From Neoconidiobolus thromboides FSU 785 (Eukaryota > Fungi > Entomophthoromycota): DNA of 64,000 nt. Every line of letters begins with the position of its first letter. Within the stretch, counting starts at the first letter, position 1. A program made the translations under genes and the position numbers. Positions 37,006-49,600 of this stretch are shown piece after piece. The notes under the pieces were generated by a model that was not told the DNA's origin, searched no databases, and saw only the letters and a program-made list of their open reading frames with translations. The stretch is from assembly GCA_025603075.1 (NCBI GenBank), contig MU626337.1, positions 1 through 64,000 on the forward strand, given 5' to 3'.

Positions 37006-37197
37006 GAGGGCGTTTTTTTGGTTTCTTCGCTTTTTCTATTCGGGGATGTATTTTTGTTTAATAATTTTGCTGATAATTTTTTCACTCAAATAGCGCTTAA
37101 AAGATGGAAAAAGTAATGAAGCCAAAAAAACACCCCCATTTTCTAATTGCTATTTGAACAAAAAATTAGTAAAATTCTTAAACAGGAATACATTCAC
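37006..37197 (-). mobile_element. Older MITE copy split by a nested MITE
   Basis: The halves gagggcgtttttttggtttc...ttct and tctaattgctatttg...cattcac rejoin to the consensus when the inner copy and one TSD are removed. Confidence 0.8.
37042..37137 (+). mobile_element. MITE copy nested in another MITE
   Basis: GGGGATG...CACCCCC. Flanks ATTC and ATTT. Confidence 0.9.
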
Positions 37198-37468
37198 ATA
37201 TTACATTTGGGTTAAATTAAATCCATAATTTATCTATTTTTTAATTTTGTTATATTGTAAAAAAGGAATAAATTAACCATAAATACTAGGAAAATAGTAA
37301 TAATAAGAAAACAAAAAGTACATCTAACAATAGCATTTATTTGTTAATATTTCACAGCTTTATAAAATTTGATGTAAATAGATTAAACGCTGAAAATTTA
37401 TTGAGATTTGTCGATTTTTTAGAAGTTTGGGTTTAAATTTATAATAAAGATTTAAAATGTGTAAAACT

Positions 37469-37539
37469 GCGTACATAGTATAGAGGTAGAATACTTCTCT
37501 TCCAAAGAAGTGGCCTGGGTTCGATTCCCAGTGTACGCA
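37469..37539 (+). tRNA. tRNA-Gly (TCC), intronless
   Basis: Acceptor stem GCGTACA/TGTACGC, anticodon stem CTTCT-CTTCCAA-AGAAG, T-arm CTGGG-TTCGATT-CCCAG. Confidence 0.95.
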
Positions 37540-38724
37540 AGTACATTTTGTTTTTTACAAAAGCCACATAGTTATATATTGCCTTAAACTCAAAGCCAGA
37601 TAAATAAAAACCAAGTTTTCAATTCAACTGAATGCATTTAATAACTCTCTATTATTCTATACCCTACTCTCCTTCTTATCGAAAGCCTGTATATTAATGT
37701 TTGACTATTTTGTGAATATGAAAGCTTTAAATAAAATCCTGTATAACGTTAACTTCTCTTTAAAGTGTTTGAAGTATTTATATTAATATTCATGAAAGTA
37801 GATTTTTTCATTACAGTAATTAATTTTTTGAAATAGCATAAATTTTAAAGCTTATCCTCTAAAAACTATAATTTTAATAAGTTACAAGGTAGAGCCTACT
37901 TTTTAGATCGACTTAAAAATAAAAATATTTAGATTTTAAATAAATAAATATAAATAAAAACAATATGTAGACAGAAGATCTACAACAAGAATTATTAGCA
38001 TTCAAATAAAGTTATTCTTAAAGTATTGCCCTTTAATTTTAGTTCCAATTTCATATTTTAGCAAAATCATATATGGTTCTAAAAAAGCAAGTTATCATCA
38101 TTTATTGTCAGTTTTAATAAAATCCGAAATATAGGATAAGCTATATAAAGAAAATACGAAAATATTTTATAAAGTGATAATTACATATGGTATATTAATG
38201 TTGAAACTTACCAGTAACATTTTAAATGATCTTATGTCATATGCTCAATTAAAACATCATTTGAATATTGAATAATGAAAATGTCCTTAATCAAATACTG
38301 TAAAATTTGGCTAACTTTTAAAGATTGAAGAAATAGGCAAGCAAATTAGAAACATATAGTGTTTAAAATGATCATGTATACAAAATAATAATAACTAGTA
38401 TAATATATTTATTATAATTTTTTCATGATTGTCTTTACATTTATTACTTTTCAAAGTTTATAAAATATTTACTCAATCTTTATTATTTGCTAAATTTTAT
38501 TCAATTCTAGGGAGGTCATATAGTTAAGATCACAATTTTTCCTAACACCAATCAAAATATATTGATACTTGTGACCTAGATTCTAATTGATCGTAAAATT
38601 TACGAATAAGACTTAGAGCAAAATATAACTGACTTGAATGAACCAAAACGTAACAAATTTTCTTCAAAAACTTAATTCAAACTAGTAATTATATTAGCAT
38701 CAAAAGTTATCAGTAGTAGTGACT

Positions 38725-40808
38725 ATGAGTGAAAAGAAAACAAGTAAACTGAAGACTTGGTTTGGAGGTGGGAAAGACAGTTCAAAAAAGAAAGAAGTAA
38801 GCTCTCTTCCGGTTAGAGCTAGTATCGATATGAGTAGAGAAAACTCTAGCAATAGCTCTGTTTCTTCGCCAAAATCAGGTCCCCACTCAGTTAAAAGCCC
38901 AGCATTATCGATAAGATCTACTGGAAGCTTCACTCAAGAGCCTAAGGCAGTTGAAGTTCAAAAATTAAAAAAAGGTACATAAATAAATAAATTGATTTTA
39001 ATTTTTGGAGTTAAGAAAATAATTTTCTAGATACACCAAGATCTCCCTTATCTAGCTCTTTCTCTGGAAATACCAATGGTTTTAAAAGTATATCTACAAA
39101 AACTAGTAGTAGTATAAAAAGCCCAGGACTAGCTAAAGTTTCTTCAATGGTAAATGATTTAAGCTAAGTGGGTCAATTAATTTATTCAAATTTAGGAAAA
39201 ATTAAAAGGGTTGATGAATATTGGAGTAGGAAATAAGGAGGCGGCCAGGGAAAGAAGAGGAAGTTTAAGGAGTTTGAATGAATCCACACCTTTGCAAAAA
39301 TCGGTCACCCAACCATATATAAGTAAATCAGAGCAGGATTCTGGATTCCCAAAAAGTCCAAGTGTGGCTTCTTACAGGTCTAGTGTACTAGTCGGAGACA
39401 ACCAGGAGGTTAAAATGAAAGTCAATGAGCTTGAAAAAGGATATCAACAACTTAAAATGCATGTGAGTGCGATGGTATCTTTTGAAAAAGAGAATCTAGA
39501 TGAGGCAGCCAAAATCCTTCAAAATGCTTTCAAAGCTTACAGAGTAATTAATTTAATGTCATATAATAGTCATTTATTTAGACCTTATAAAACAGATTCG
39601 AAAATATTATTTATTAAGAAAAAATCACTTGCTCTATAATACTACTTTAGATCCACCTAACTTCTCTCATTTTGAAGAATATGCAAATTCCGTACAGTTG
39701 TATAAGGGTAATTTACATTATAATTATACAATAGTGTTAAAGATGATTTATATATTTCAAATTACTAGGTGATAAAGATAGTGATCAATATGAAGACAAA
39801 ATAAAATTAATTCAACATACTGTTAGAGGATTTCTAATACGTAAACGCTTCAAACTGGTAATGACTTTTGACTTTTATGCCACAAAGATTCAAGCCGCTT
39901 GGAGAGGATATCAAGTTCGAAATGTGAAGGCTGGGATTAGAATACCATTTTCAAAAATAATTAAAAGTATGGGGGCACAATCCTTGGCTACTAGAAAGCT
40001 TCAAGATGAAGTTACAGAGTTAAGAGAAGCAGTGAAAATATTAATAAACTCTGTTAATAGACAAAACGACTTGGCCAGTACTAATACTTTAAAATCCCCT
40101 TTAAAATCTAAAACTCTGTCTGTACCTCGTAAATCTTCCTTTTCCAATGAAAATAGCGTAAATTTACCAACTAAATCACCTTTATCAACAAAACTTGTGG
40201 TTAAAGCTGGCGCTACTAATAAACCTCTTCGTAAGCCATCACTTCCATCCATTAATAATAATAATAGCAATGCCTCCAAACCTCCATCAACAACTAACAA
40301 TGCATCCAAAAAAGAAAGTGGGAATATAAGTAAAGCTAAAGCTCCGCGTAAAGCCTCGATGTCATCTAACGATAGTTCAGGTAATAAGTTAGCTAATTCA
40401 GTTTTATCAAAGCCAAAAACAAAAACGCCTGACGAGCTTCCTAACATTGTAGAAAATAACAGGAAAGGAAGCGGGTTAGGTAATGAAATCAAACCTGCTA
40501 AAACACTAGAAGGTATTCCTAAAGTAACAACACCAATTCCATTAGAAGATGAAGAAGGAGAAAGCACAGGTACTGTAGGTAAAAAAGAAGCAAGATCCTT
40601 TAAAAGAGGACATCAACCGCGTAGCTATAGTATGTCAAATAGTGAATTTAGATCTAGGTTGCCCCAGCCTGGTACTTTCGGAGCCAGATTAGCAGAAAAG
40701 CTTGGAACTACTGTTGCTCCGGCATCCGAGAAGGAATATACTAGCTTGCTAGCAGAAGTAGATGCAGTGCGTTTAATGGTACAGGACCAATTGAAACTTA
40801 AACCATAA
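38725..40808 (+). CDS. IQ-motif (calmodulin-binding) protein, 5 exons (38725-38974, 39031-39149, 39196-39543, 39596-39707, 39769-40808), about 622 aa
   Basis: IQ motifs ILQNAFKAYRIRK, IQHTVRGFLIRK and IQAAWRGYQVR, short coiled coils and S/K/P-rich disordered arms. The exon sum of 1869 nt is in frame. Confidence 0.8.
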
Positions 40809-41350
40809 CTGAGATTATTGATATCAAGTTAGCTGAAGTTTTAAAATTTTAAATGTTACCGTTACTTTAGCTACCATAGCTTATGCTTTATATAGTTTAC
40901 ATTTTGCTTATCTGTCTATAATTTAACTTTGACTATTTTTTACCTCGCATTCTTTGATTAAACTGCTATTCATGAGTTTATAATTAAATTGTTTTTTACA
41001 TAGTTTCTTGAGTTCTGCTATGTATAGTAGCTAAATTGAAGCTTCTGACATGATGTACTTGTAAGCAACAATCTATTTGCTTAATATAGACTAAATAAAA
41101 ATCACTTTTAAATTAATAAACATATTAAATTCATTTTAATCTATTTGAATTAATTGGAATAGTTTGTGACAATAAAGTTTTAATCATTTTTAAAAATTTA
41201 GATGTTCAAAAAATCGAACAAGTCATTACTCGTTTTAGTGTAAGTACGTTTTTTTAAAACTGAGCCATTTGATTGGTTGTCATCTAATTTACAATTTTTA
41301 AACAAGTATTGCTAGAAGTTAAATTTCTTTTTGATTAGTTTTAAAATAGA

Positions 41351-41865
41351 ATGTCAACTAAAAAACAAGAAAACGAAACAAAGTTAGAGGCAAAAGAAAG
41401 CAATATAAATATAGAAGGCATTGCACCAGAGCTAGGGTAGGAAATAAAATGAACTAATAAATGCTTTAATTATATTATATTTTATTTTGTTTTAGAATTA
41501 ACTATCCATTTCCACCAGCTTTAAAATATAGCTATCCAGAACCAAATGAAAAAATAATAAGGAACATAGCGCACGCTTTACTTCATGATAAGAAATTCTA
41601 TACAAACACATTAAATCTGATGAATAAAATGAATTTACCCCCACCGTTTGAAATGGATAAAGAAATAGTACATAAAAATAATAAGTAATATTTTTATACT
41701 GATTGGGTTTAGGAAAAGAGATTGGAGGAAGATCCAGGATTAAGTTTAATTATTAAAAAGAAGGATCCTCTTTTGGCAAGCGATGAATCGGAAATGGAGC
41801 TAAGTGAGGATGAGAATTTGGCTAAAGTTAAACTTCTTTCCTCATTAAAGAAAAGAAAAAAGTAA
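41351..41865 (+). CDS. RNPC3: RNPC3 (U11/U12-65K)-like protein lacking intact RRMs, 3 exons (41351-41436, 41496-41667, 41713-41865), about 136 aa. Possible extra 5' exon at 41202-41239
   Basis: GIAPELGINYPFPPALKYSYPEP...NIAHAL...KFYTNTLNLMNKMNLPPPF and LASDESEMELSEDE match the RNPC3 central region (GIAP...LKYMYPPP...NIVNAL...KFYVQVLHLMNKMNLPTPF; LSSEESEYES). Not in the ORF track because it is spliced. Confidence 0.82.
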
Positions 41866-42038
41866 TACTCTCGCATTTGATTATATTATTACTATAACTT
41901 AACTACTACCTATTTTATAAAATAGCTTCTTGCTTTTATAAAATACTAAAATATTAGATATATGAAATAAATTCTGCTATGTATTAAACAGTTATATTGC
42001 TTTAGTTTCAAAATAACTATTTCAATTGATAAATATAT

Positions 42039-42132
42039 GGAGGTGTTTTTTTGGTTTCATTATTTTTCCATTTTTTAAGCGCTATTTGAGTGGAAAGATT
42101 GTAGTAAAATTTTTAAACAAAAATATATCACC
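42039..42132 (-). mobile_element. MITE copy
   Basis: TSD ATAT at 42035-38 and 42133-36. Confidence 0.9.
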
Positions 42133-42320
42133 ATATGTTAATATTTCTGAGTAGTTGTAGACCACATAATAGATTAGTGTTTATAATTTAAATAATAAAT
42201 TAAAATGTCTAAAACAATAGTTTATATAAATATGCTTTATTAATGAAGTAAAATGGAAATTAAAATGAACTTTAAATGCTTTTTTCAATACATGTAATTA
42301 GCTATAATCCACTGGTTAAG

Positions 42321-43946
42321 TTAATAATATGTACTGGTGGTAGCGTAGGTTGGAGTGGAGTAATAGGTAGAAGTTGGTGAGTAGTATGCTGAAGTTTGGG
42401 TACCATAATTATTCCAATTGTTTTGGGTGTTACTGTTGTAATTAGCTGGATAACGGTTCCAAACAGCTTGATTATTATTCATATTTCCATTGAAAGCAGC
42501 ATAACGATTTAAATGTTGACCAATGGCTCCGTGAGCGTTATAGGGAAGATTTTGACTGTAACCCATTTGATTTAAAGATGGTAAATTATTTGGGGCTTGT
42601 TCAACCATATCATCATCACAATCGCTAATCATTACAACTTCATAACGGATACGACATTTCTTACTACGTGGCATACTGGCTGTTTCACATTTAGCTGGTG
42701 CAGTGTAGGCCGGAGCACTATAAGAGGAGGTGTAAGCTGGAGCACTATATGATGAAGTATAAGCTGGAGCACTATAAGAGGAAGTGTAAGCTGGAGCACT
42801 ATAAGAGGAGGTGTAAGCTGGAGCACTATATGATGANNNNNNNNNNNNNNNNNNNNNNNNNNNNNNNNNNNNNNNNNNNNNNNNNNNNNNNNNNNNNNNN
42901 NNNNNNNNNNNNNNNNNNNNNNNNNNNNNNNNNNNNNNNNNNNNNNNNNNNNNNNNNNNNNNNNNNNNNNNNNNNNNNNNNNNNNNNNNNNNNNNNNNNN
43001 NNNNNNNNNNNNNNNNNNNNNNNNNNNNNNNNNNNNNNNNNNNNNNNNNNNNNNNNNNNNNNNNNNNNNNNNNNNNNNNNNNNNNNNNNNNNNNNNNNNN
43101 NNNNNNNNNNNNNNNNNNNNNNNNNNNNNNNNNNNNNNNNNNNNNNNNNNNNNNNNNNNNNNNNNNNNNNNNNNNNNNNNNNNNNNNNNNNNNNNNNNNN
43201 NNNNNNNNNNNNNNNNNNNNNNNNNNNNNNNNNNNNNNNNNNNNNNNNNNNNNNNNNNNNNNNNNNNNNNNNNNNNNNGCTGGAGCAGTGTATGATGAAG
43301 TGTAAGCTGGAGCACTGTATGATGAAGTGTAAGCTGGAGCAGTGTAAGAGGAAGTGTAAGCTGGAGCAGTGTATGATGAAGTATAGACTGGGGTACTATA
43401 AGAAGAAGCATAAGTAGAGGTTGAGCAAGAAGTTGAGGAAGAGTAAGAGCAGGTTGAGCATGCCTTTGAGGTATAAGCTGGAGTAGTATAATAGCTGGAG
43501 CTAGAATACTTTGAAGTGTAAACTGGAGTAGTATAATAGCTAGAGGTATAAGCTGGAGTAGTGTAATGAGAGGAAGAAGAGGTATGATAGCTAGATGAAT
43601 AATGGGAACCAGTACCATATGTCGAGGTAGTACAGCTAGTTGATGACTTAGTGTATGCAGGAGTAGTGTAGTATTGAGAAGTATAACTTGGAGTTACATA
43701 ATGTTGAGAAGTATAGTAACTAGAAGAATGATAATGACCAGTTGAAGTAGTACATGAAGATGAAGAGGAGTAACCTTTAGCATTATAGTTATTCCAGTTA
43801 TTTGAAGAGTCATGTCCATAGTCTTCTACATCATAATCATTTGAGCTTCCATAATTATTTGAGCTTCCATAGTTATTATTATACTTTGGGTTAGCAGCGA
43901 TGGTAGAAACCAACAAAGTAAAGATTGAAAAGATTAATTGAACCAT
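42321..43946 (-). CDS. Secreted Tyr/Ser/Thr-rich tandem-repeat (cell-wall/adhesin-like) protein spanning an assembly gap
   Basis: Signal peptide MVQLIFSIFTLLVSTIAA, (APAYTSSYS/T)n repeats and a Cys-containing KCETASMPRSKKC segment. The true length is unknown because of the Ns. Confidence 0.82.
   Translation of the reverse strand: MVQLIFSIFTLLVSTIAANPKYNNNYGSSNNYGSSNDYDVEDYGHDSSNNWNNYNAKGYSSSSSCTTSTGHYHSSSYYTSQHYVTPSYTSQYYTTPAYTKSSTSCTTSTYGTGSHYSSSYHTSSSSHYTTPAYTSSYYTTPVYTSKYSSSSYYTTPAYTSKACSTCSYSSSTSCSTSTYASSYSTPVYTSSYTAPAYTSSYTAPAYTSSYSAPAYTSSYTAPXXXXXXXXXXXXXXXXXXXXXXXXXXXXXXXXXXXXXXXXXXXXXXXXXXXXXXXXXXXXXXXXXXXXXXXXXXXXXXXXXXXXXXXXXXXXXXXXXXXXXXXXXXXXXXXXXXXXXXXXXXXXXXXXXXXXXXXXXXXXXXXXXXXXSSYSAPAYTSSYSAPAYTSSYSAPAYTSSYSAPAYTSSYSAPAYTAPAKCETASMPRSKKCRIRYEVVMISDCDDDMVEQAPNNLPSLNQMGYSQNLPYNAHGAIGQHLNRYAAFNGNMNNNQAVWNRYPANYNSNTQNNWNNYGTQTSAYYSPTSTYYSTPTYATTSTYY
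42700..43390. repeat. 27-bp coding minisatellite (gtgtaagctggagcactataagaggag-type unit) with an N-gap at 42837-43278
   Basis: Units are visible on both sides of 442 Ns. Confidence 0.92.
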
Positions 43947-45761
43947 TGAATTAATGAAATAAAGATTAAAATATAATTGCTTTTATAAATGTAATTTTGA
44001 TGTTGTAGCTTAATTATCGGTTATAATATGCTAAAAGGTTAATACTATAATAGATAAGGAGAATTTGTAAATGATCTAAATCTAATTACAATACAATTGT
44101 AATTAATAACTGAATAAAACAGATATTTAAATTGATTAATGATATTTTATAATTTTAGACATAGATATTTACAGTTATTTATACTGTTTGTTAAAAAGAA
44201 TGTTGATGTATTTTGATAATAATTCCAACTCCACACAGGACCATAAAAATTTCAATTATCACGATTGAGCTTTTTATTTAAATTAAAAAATAGCTCTATA
44301 AAATGGGGGTGCACTATTGAATTACTAGCAATTTAGCTTACTACAGAAATTCATCACAATCTCCCCAGTTTTTACTTGATTTGAAAATTGGATTTGAATT
44401 TCTTTGCCAATATTATTAAAGTTTAATTTTCTCCAAATATATATTTCATTGTAATGTGAATAAAATGTTAGAATGGATATTAGAATTGGAGACATTACAA
44501 TTACTCGGATTTTTACCCTTATTGTTTTTACTACTTTACTATATTTAGAAGAATCTTCTTTATTAAATGATTATTTATACAAAACATTATTTTTGAAAAA
44601 TTAGAAGTTCAAATATAGTCAAATATCGCAGTATAGTAATAAGCCATTAAAATAATTTTATATAAACATTTAACTTTATTAATAATTAAAGTAAATAATA
44701 GAAAATGAATGATAAATATAGATTAGCTTTAAATAGATGTTATTTCTATTTTTAGATTCTAATCTTTATTTGTTTTAGTAACTAATTAAATATATATTAA
44801 GACTAAATTTTCTATAAAACTAATATAAAACCTTTTGATGACAGTTACCTTAGTTATTAGAATAAAAATTAAGGAGTATAAATGTTAAAATTAATCAATG
44901 ATAACTACACTAACTGAAATGTTAAACAAGATTATCTATTATATTTTAGAAAACCTTTGAAAAGAACTACGCATCCGAATGTTCTAATTATAATGACAAG
45001 AATATCATTTCAAAAATAGACTATTTTTCTTTTAAGTGCAGTAGTATATTGCATTTAAGTATCAACTTGTTGATGTATTACTGTTATAACTATAATAAAA
45101 GTAAAAAATAAATACAGATATGACGATAATGATTCTAGTTTGATTAATGAATATCAACGGCTTTTGATTTTCAAAAATATTAAAAAATGATTAAGCAACT
45201 AATACCAAAATAACATACGTCAATACAACAGTTATATCTTGATATAAAAATGTTTTCTAAAGACAACTTAAAGATGCCTATAAGCTTCTTTTATACTATT
45301 TTTTTATTTAAAATTATAAGGTTATTTCAAAAGTAATCATAGTTTTTTGGCCATTAAATAAGCTGTTATTACTTGCAACAGAAGCTATATTTTTTGTCTA
45401 AGAAGGAAAATGATATTCAAGTAAAGGCATTTTGATATTGCTATTCGATACCTTTACACATGAGTTTATCCAAAATCTTTGATTACTTTAAAAACTACTT
45501 TTATAATCAAAGTCAAAAATTAAAGATCAAAAAATTGTTGACTAAAATTTCGATAAAAATTATAACACTATAAGGTCAATCAGTTCAATCTAACTTATCC
45601 AAGTAATGAACGTTTATTTCTATAACAATTGTAATTGCGATTTTTGCTTTCTTAAAGCCTTTTAAAACAATTACTACTTAGATAATCTTATATTTTTATC
45701 ATTTTCTATTAGATTTTACAAAAAGTACATTCCAGCTTTTAAAGCATTATATCAGTATCAG

Positions 45762-45853
45762 TATGCTTTTTTGGTTTCATTTTTTCTACTTTTTAAGCGC
45801 TATTTGAACAGAAAGATTGTTAATAAAATTCCTAAACAAAAAAATGCATCCCT
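45762..45853 (-). mobile_element. MITE copy (one end degenerate)
   Basis: ttggtttcat...ttaagcgctatttg...GCATCCCT|ATAT. Confidence 0.82.
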
Positions 45854-46666
45854 ATATTGTTTTTTAAATTAACTCTTTACTGAAAATGTGTTCTTATTCT
45901 CAGCTATCATAATAATATAACTTACTGTTATAATCATTACTATTTTTTTAATGATATATGACTTGCTGAATTATAATAGTAATATAATTATTATTATAAT
46001 AAGCAATTTAACTTGTATAAATATATTAAAGGAATGTTGGCAAGTAAATGATTTTGTTGTGGATAAACTTTTTATTCTAACTTTTATATACAATTATGTA
46101 TAAAATGTTTTACAATCAAGTCTTTTATTAAGAAAATACAATAAAAAAATAAGTAATAGCATTATAATAACCTGAATTAGACTGAACTCACATTGTATCC
46201 ACAACTACATTAAACTATATTTTATGATAATTTTAACTTATTATAAACGCAGCTAACTCCTTTTATTTATAAGATTGTCAACTTTTGAAATAATACAATT
46301 ATATCCATTTTTTGATACTTTGAAAGGTAAAAACCTAAGTGTTTTATTTAAAAATAAACAGTCTATATCAATCAATCATAAGTATAGTTTTTTTATCTAA
46401 AAATCAACTTCTAAAATAGCTATTTCATTTTCAAACAAGTGTTCCTAGTTTTCAACTAGTAAAAAATCATCTCCTACTTTTTGCCATTTTAATTCTCAAA
46501 AATTTGCAATTGAAAACCAGTCAAACTTTGAAACTAGTAACCAAAAAATCCCAAGATTCAATTCCAATTCCAACTCTAACTTGATGGTCGAAAAAAAAAT
46601 AATTAAGAAGCTAATTTCCTTTAACTCAAAAGAAAATTGAAAAAAATAGAATAAAGAACGACGATC

Positions 46667-49600
46667 ATGGCTAATAATAAAAGAAGGTTAAGTCCAGTTA
46701 AAAGTAAAGATTTTCCACGTGGAAAAATCGAGAAGAAGACAAATGATAAAGTTGATGAAAGAGAAAGAGAGGTAATTTAGATTTTTATTTCTATTTTATT
46801 AAAATAAAGACTAATTCTTTTTTCAACAGGATGTTTTATTTTCCACCCCAAAAGAAAAAAAATCTCGTACAGTAAAAAAGAGTAAGAATACAAAATCTCA
46901 AGCGAGTGATGAACCAAAACTTGAATCTGAGGAAGTTAAATTAGATACTACTCTTATTAAGGTAAGCCCTTATTAATTTCATAATTTTTCTACAAAAATT
47001 AAAACCATTAATCTTCTATAGGATTTATCTACTTCCACCTTAATGTTAGGTACAGTGAGCCGTATCCTACCATTGGGCCTAATCATTTCTTTACCAAATA
47101 TGATCACAGCTAGTTGTGATATAACTGAAATATCTTCTGAATATACCAAACAATTAGAGCTTATAGAATCTGAAGACTCATCCTCAGTGCCAGATCTTAA
47201 TTCAATGTATCAATTAGGAGAATATGTATTATGTAGTGTTAAAAAAATTGACTTAGAAAGTAAAAAAGATCGAGTTAAAATTAGTTTGTTACCTAAAGTG
47301 ATCAATTCAGGTGTCGTAGCTAAGGACATTACTGAAGGCTTAATGCTTGCTGGTAGTATCAAAAGTATAGAAGATCATGGTATTCAATTGGATTTAGGTA
47401 TTAAAGACAAAATTGGATTTTTACCAAAGAGTGAATATGAAGATAGTACCAATGTTTTGATGGTAGGAAAAACGATTATGTGTTGTATTGAAACTATTAA
47501 CGGTAGAGTGATTAATTTAAGTTATAACAATAATAATAAAAAGAAAGTAAGTAAACCAATAAGTCATATTAATTCTATCATCCCTGGTATTCAAGTAGAT
47601 TGTAAAATTAAACAAGTATTATCGAATGGATTAAAAGTATTATTTATGGGATTTTATGAAGCTACGATTAGTTTTTTTAATTTAAAAGAAAATCCAATGC
47701 ATATTCAAGATTTAAATCAATATTATCAAATTGGTAAAAGTTTAAGAGCAAGAGTTATATTAACTAGTATTACTTCGATGGAGAAAAAGATCCAACTTTC
47801 TTTAAGACCGCATATCTTAGCTTTTGTCAATATTCATCAAGCATTGAGTAATTTTAAGCCTGGTAAGCAATTGAGTAAAGTTAATATTGTTAGAAACGAT
47901 CCTCGTTCAGGGTTATTATGTATGGCTTATAAGCAATCAGAAGTTAAAGAAGTGGAGGAAAGTAGCGATGAGGAGGAGGTTGAAAATGATATTATGGAAT
48001 CTGAAGAAGGATCTGAAGAAGGATCTGAAGAAGAGGATGACGATAGTGCTATGGGATCCGATATAGAAGAAGGCAGTGAAGAAGAAAGTAAAGAGGACCT
48101 CAAAGAATCAAATGAAGAAGAAGAAGAATTTGAAAAGATTCCAATGTTTGTACCATTTTCTAAAGTATCTGATAAAGTATTAGAAAGTTTAAATGTGAAA
48201 GGAGGGCTTTATAATGTTGGTACGGAACATTCTGCAAGAGTCATTGGATCTTATGGATTTGAAGGGTTTATTAGATTAACTTTAGAAGAGTCCGTTGTTC
48301 AAGATGAATTTTATAGTATTAATGATTTAAATCCAGGTATGTTGGTGACTGCTACAGTTAAAGAAATTAAAAAGGGAAAAGGTGTCGAAGTTAGTTTAAG
48401 TAAAAATTTACAACATGCATTTATCCCATTATCTCAAGTTGCTGATAGTGAAGTTTATGCATTAGATAAACGATTTAAAATTGGACAAACAGTTCCATGT
48501 AGAGTATTAAAAGTTTATTTAGATACTAAAAGCATTATATTAACTTGTAAGAAATCATTATTGAATAGTAAATTACCAATTATATCAAAAGAGGAAGATG
48601 TTATCCCAGGTGTCCAATCTCATGGTGTTATTTCAAAGATATTAGATACTGGTTGTGTAGTTCATTTTTATAATGGTATATCAGGGTTTGCTCCATTAAA
48701 TCAATTAAGTGAAAAAATAATTGATGAACCTAAGAAAAGTTTTAGAGTGGGTCAAGTAATCAAATGTACTATTAAAAGCAAAACCGAAAATAGGATTTCT
48801 ATTAGTTTTAAAAATATTGAACAAAAAGAAAAGGTGGATCTTAATAAATTAAAAGAAGAAGTAGATAAATTAAAAGTGGGTACCTTAGTCAATGGTATTA
48901 TTTCTTCAATTGAAGATAATCGATTTTTAGTTCAATTAGAAAATAGTAATGTTATGGCAATTTTGTATTATGCTCATTTAAGTGATCATTCGGAAAAGCA
49001 TTGTTTTGATATCGCTAAAAATGGATTTAAAATTGGACAATCAATTAAAAATTTATTAATTTTAAGTAAAGACAATCGTATGAAAGTAATTGTTACAATG
49101 AAGTCATTGATTAAAAAAGCCATTCAATTGAATTCACTATTAGTCCCAGAGAAGATTGAAGGAGTTAAACAAGGAGATGTGTTAATTGGATTTGTTAAAG
49201 GATTAACTAATTATGGTGTATTTGTTAATTTTTTAAATGATGTTAAAGGATTAGCTCCATTAAGTAATTTATCTAATAAGTTTGTCAATAATACAGCTGA
49301 TTTGTTTTTTATTGGACAAACTGTTATTGCTTTAGTAGAAAATGTTAATCAAAATCAACAAGTTTCATTAAATTTAAAATCGGATATTATTAATCAAAAA
49401 ATTGAACAAAACGAACAAATCAAACAATTAAATATTGAACAATTATTTATTCAATCTTATTTTGAAGAGAATGAACAAGTTAAAATTAAGGATAATAAAC
49501 AAAAACAAGTGAATTATCATTTAGGTCAATTAATTGAAGTTGAATTGAAACAAAAATTAAATTATGGTTGGTTATTTAAAGTTAACAATAATATTGAGGG

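Noticed and set aside
2346-43618. Antisense or alternate-frame track ORFs (2346-2633, 5994-6275, 20474-20824, 23486-23761, 27823-28005, 29932-30318, 34471-34695, 38700-38933, 40001-40567, 42632-43618, 42698-43417, 50006-50215, 50891-51103)
   Set aside because: Shadows of real genes on the other strand or frame, with no independent motifs.
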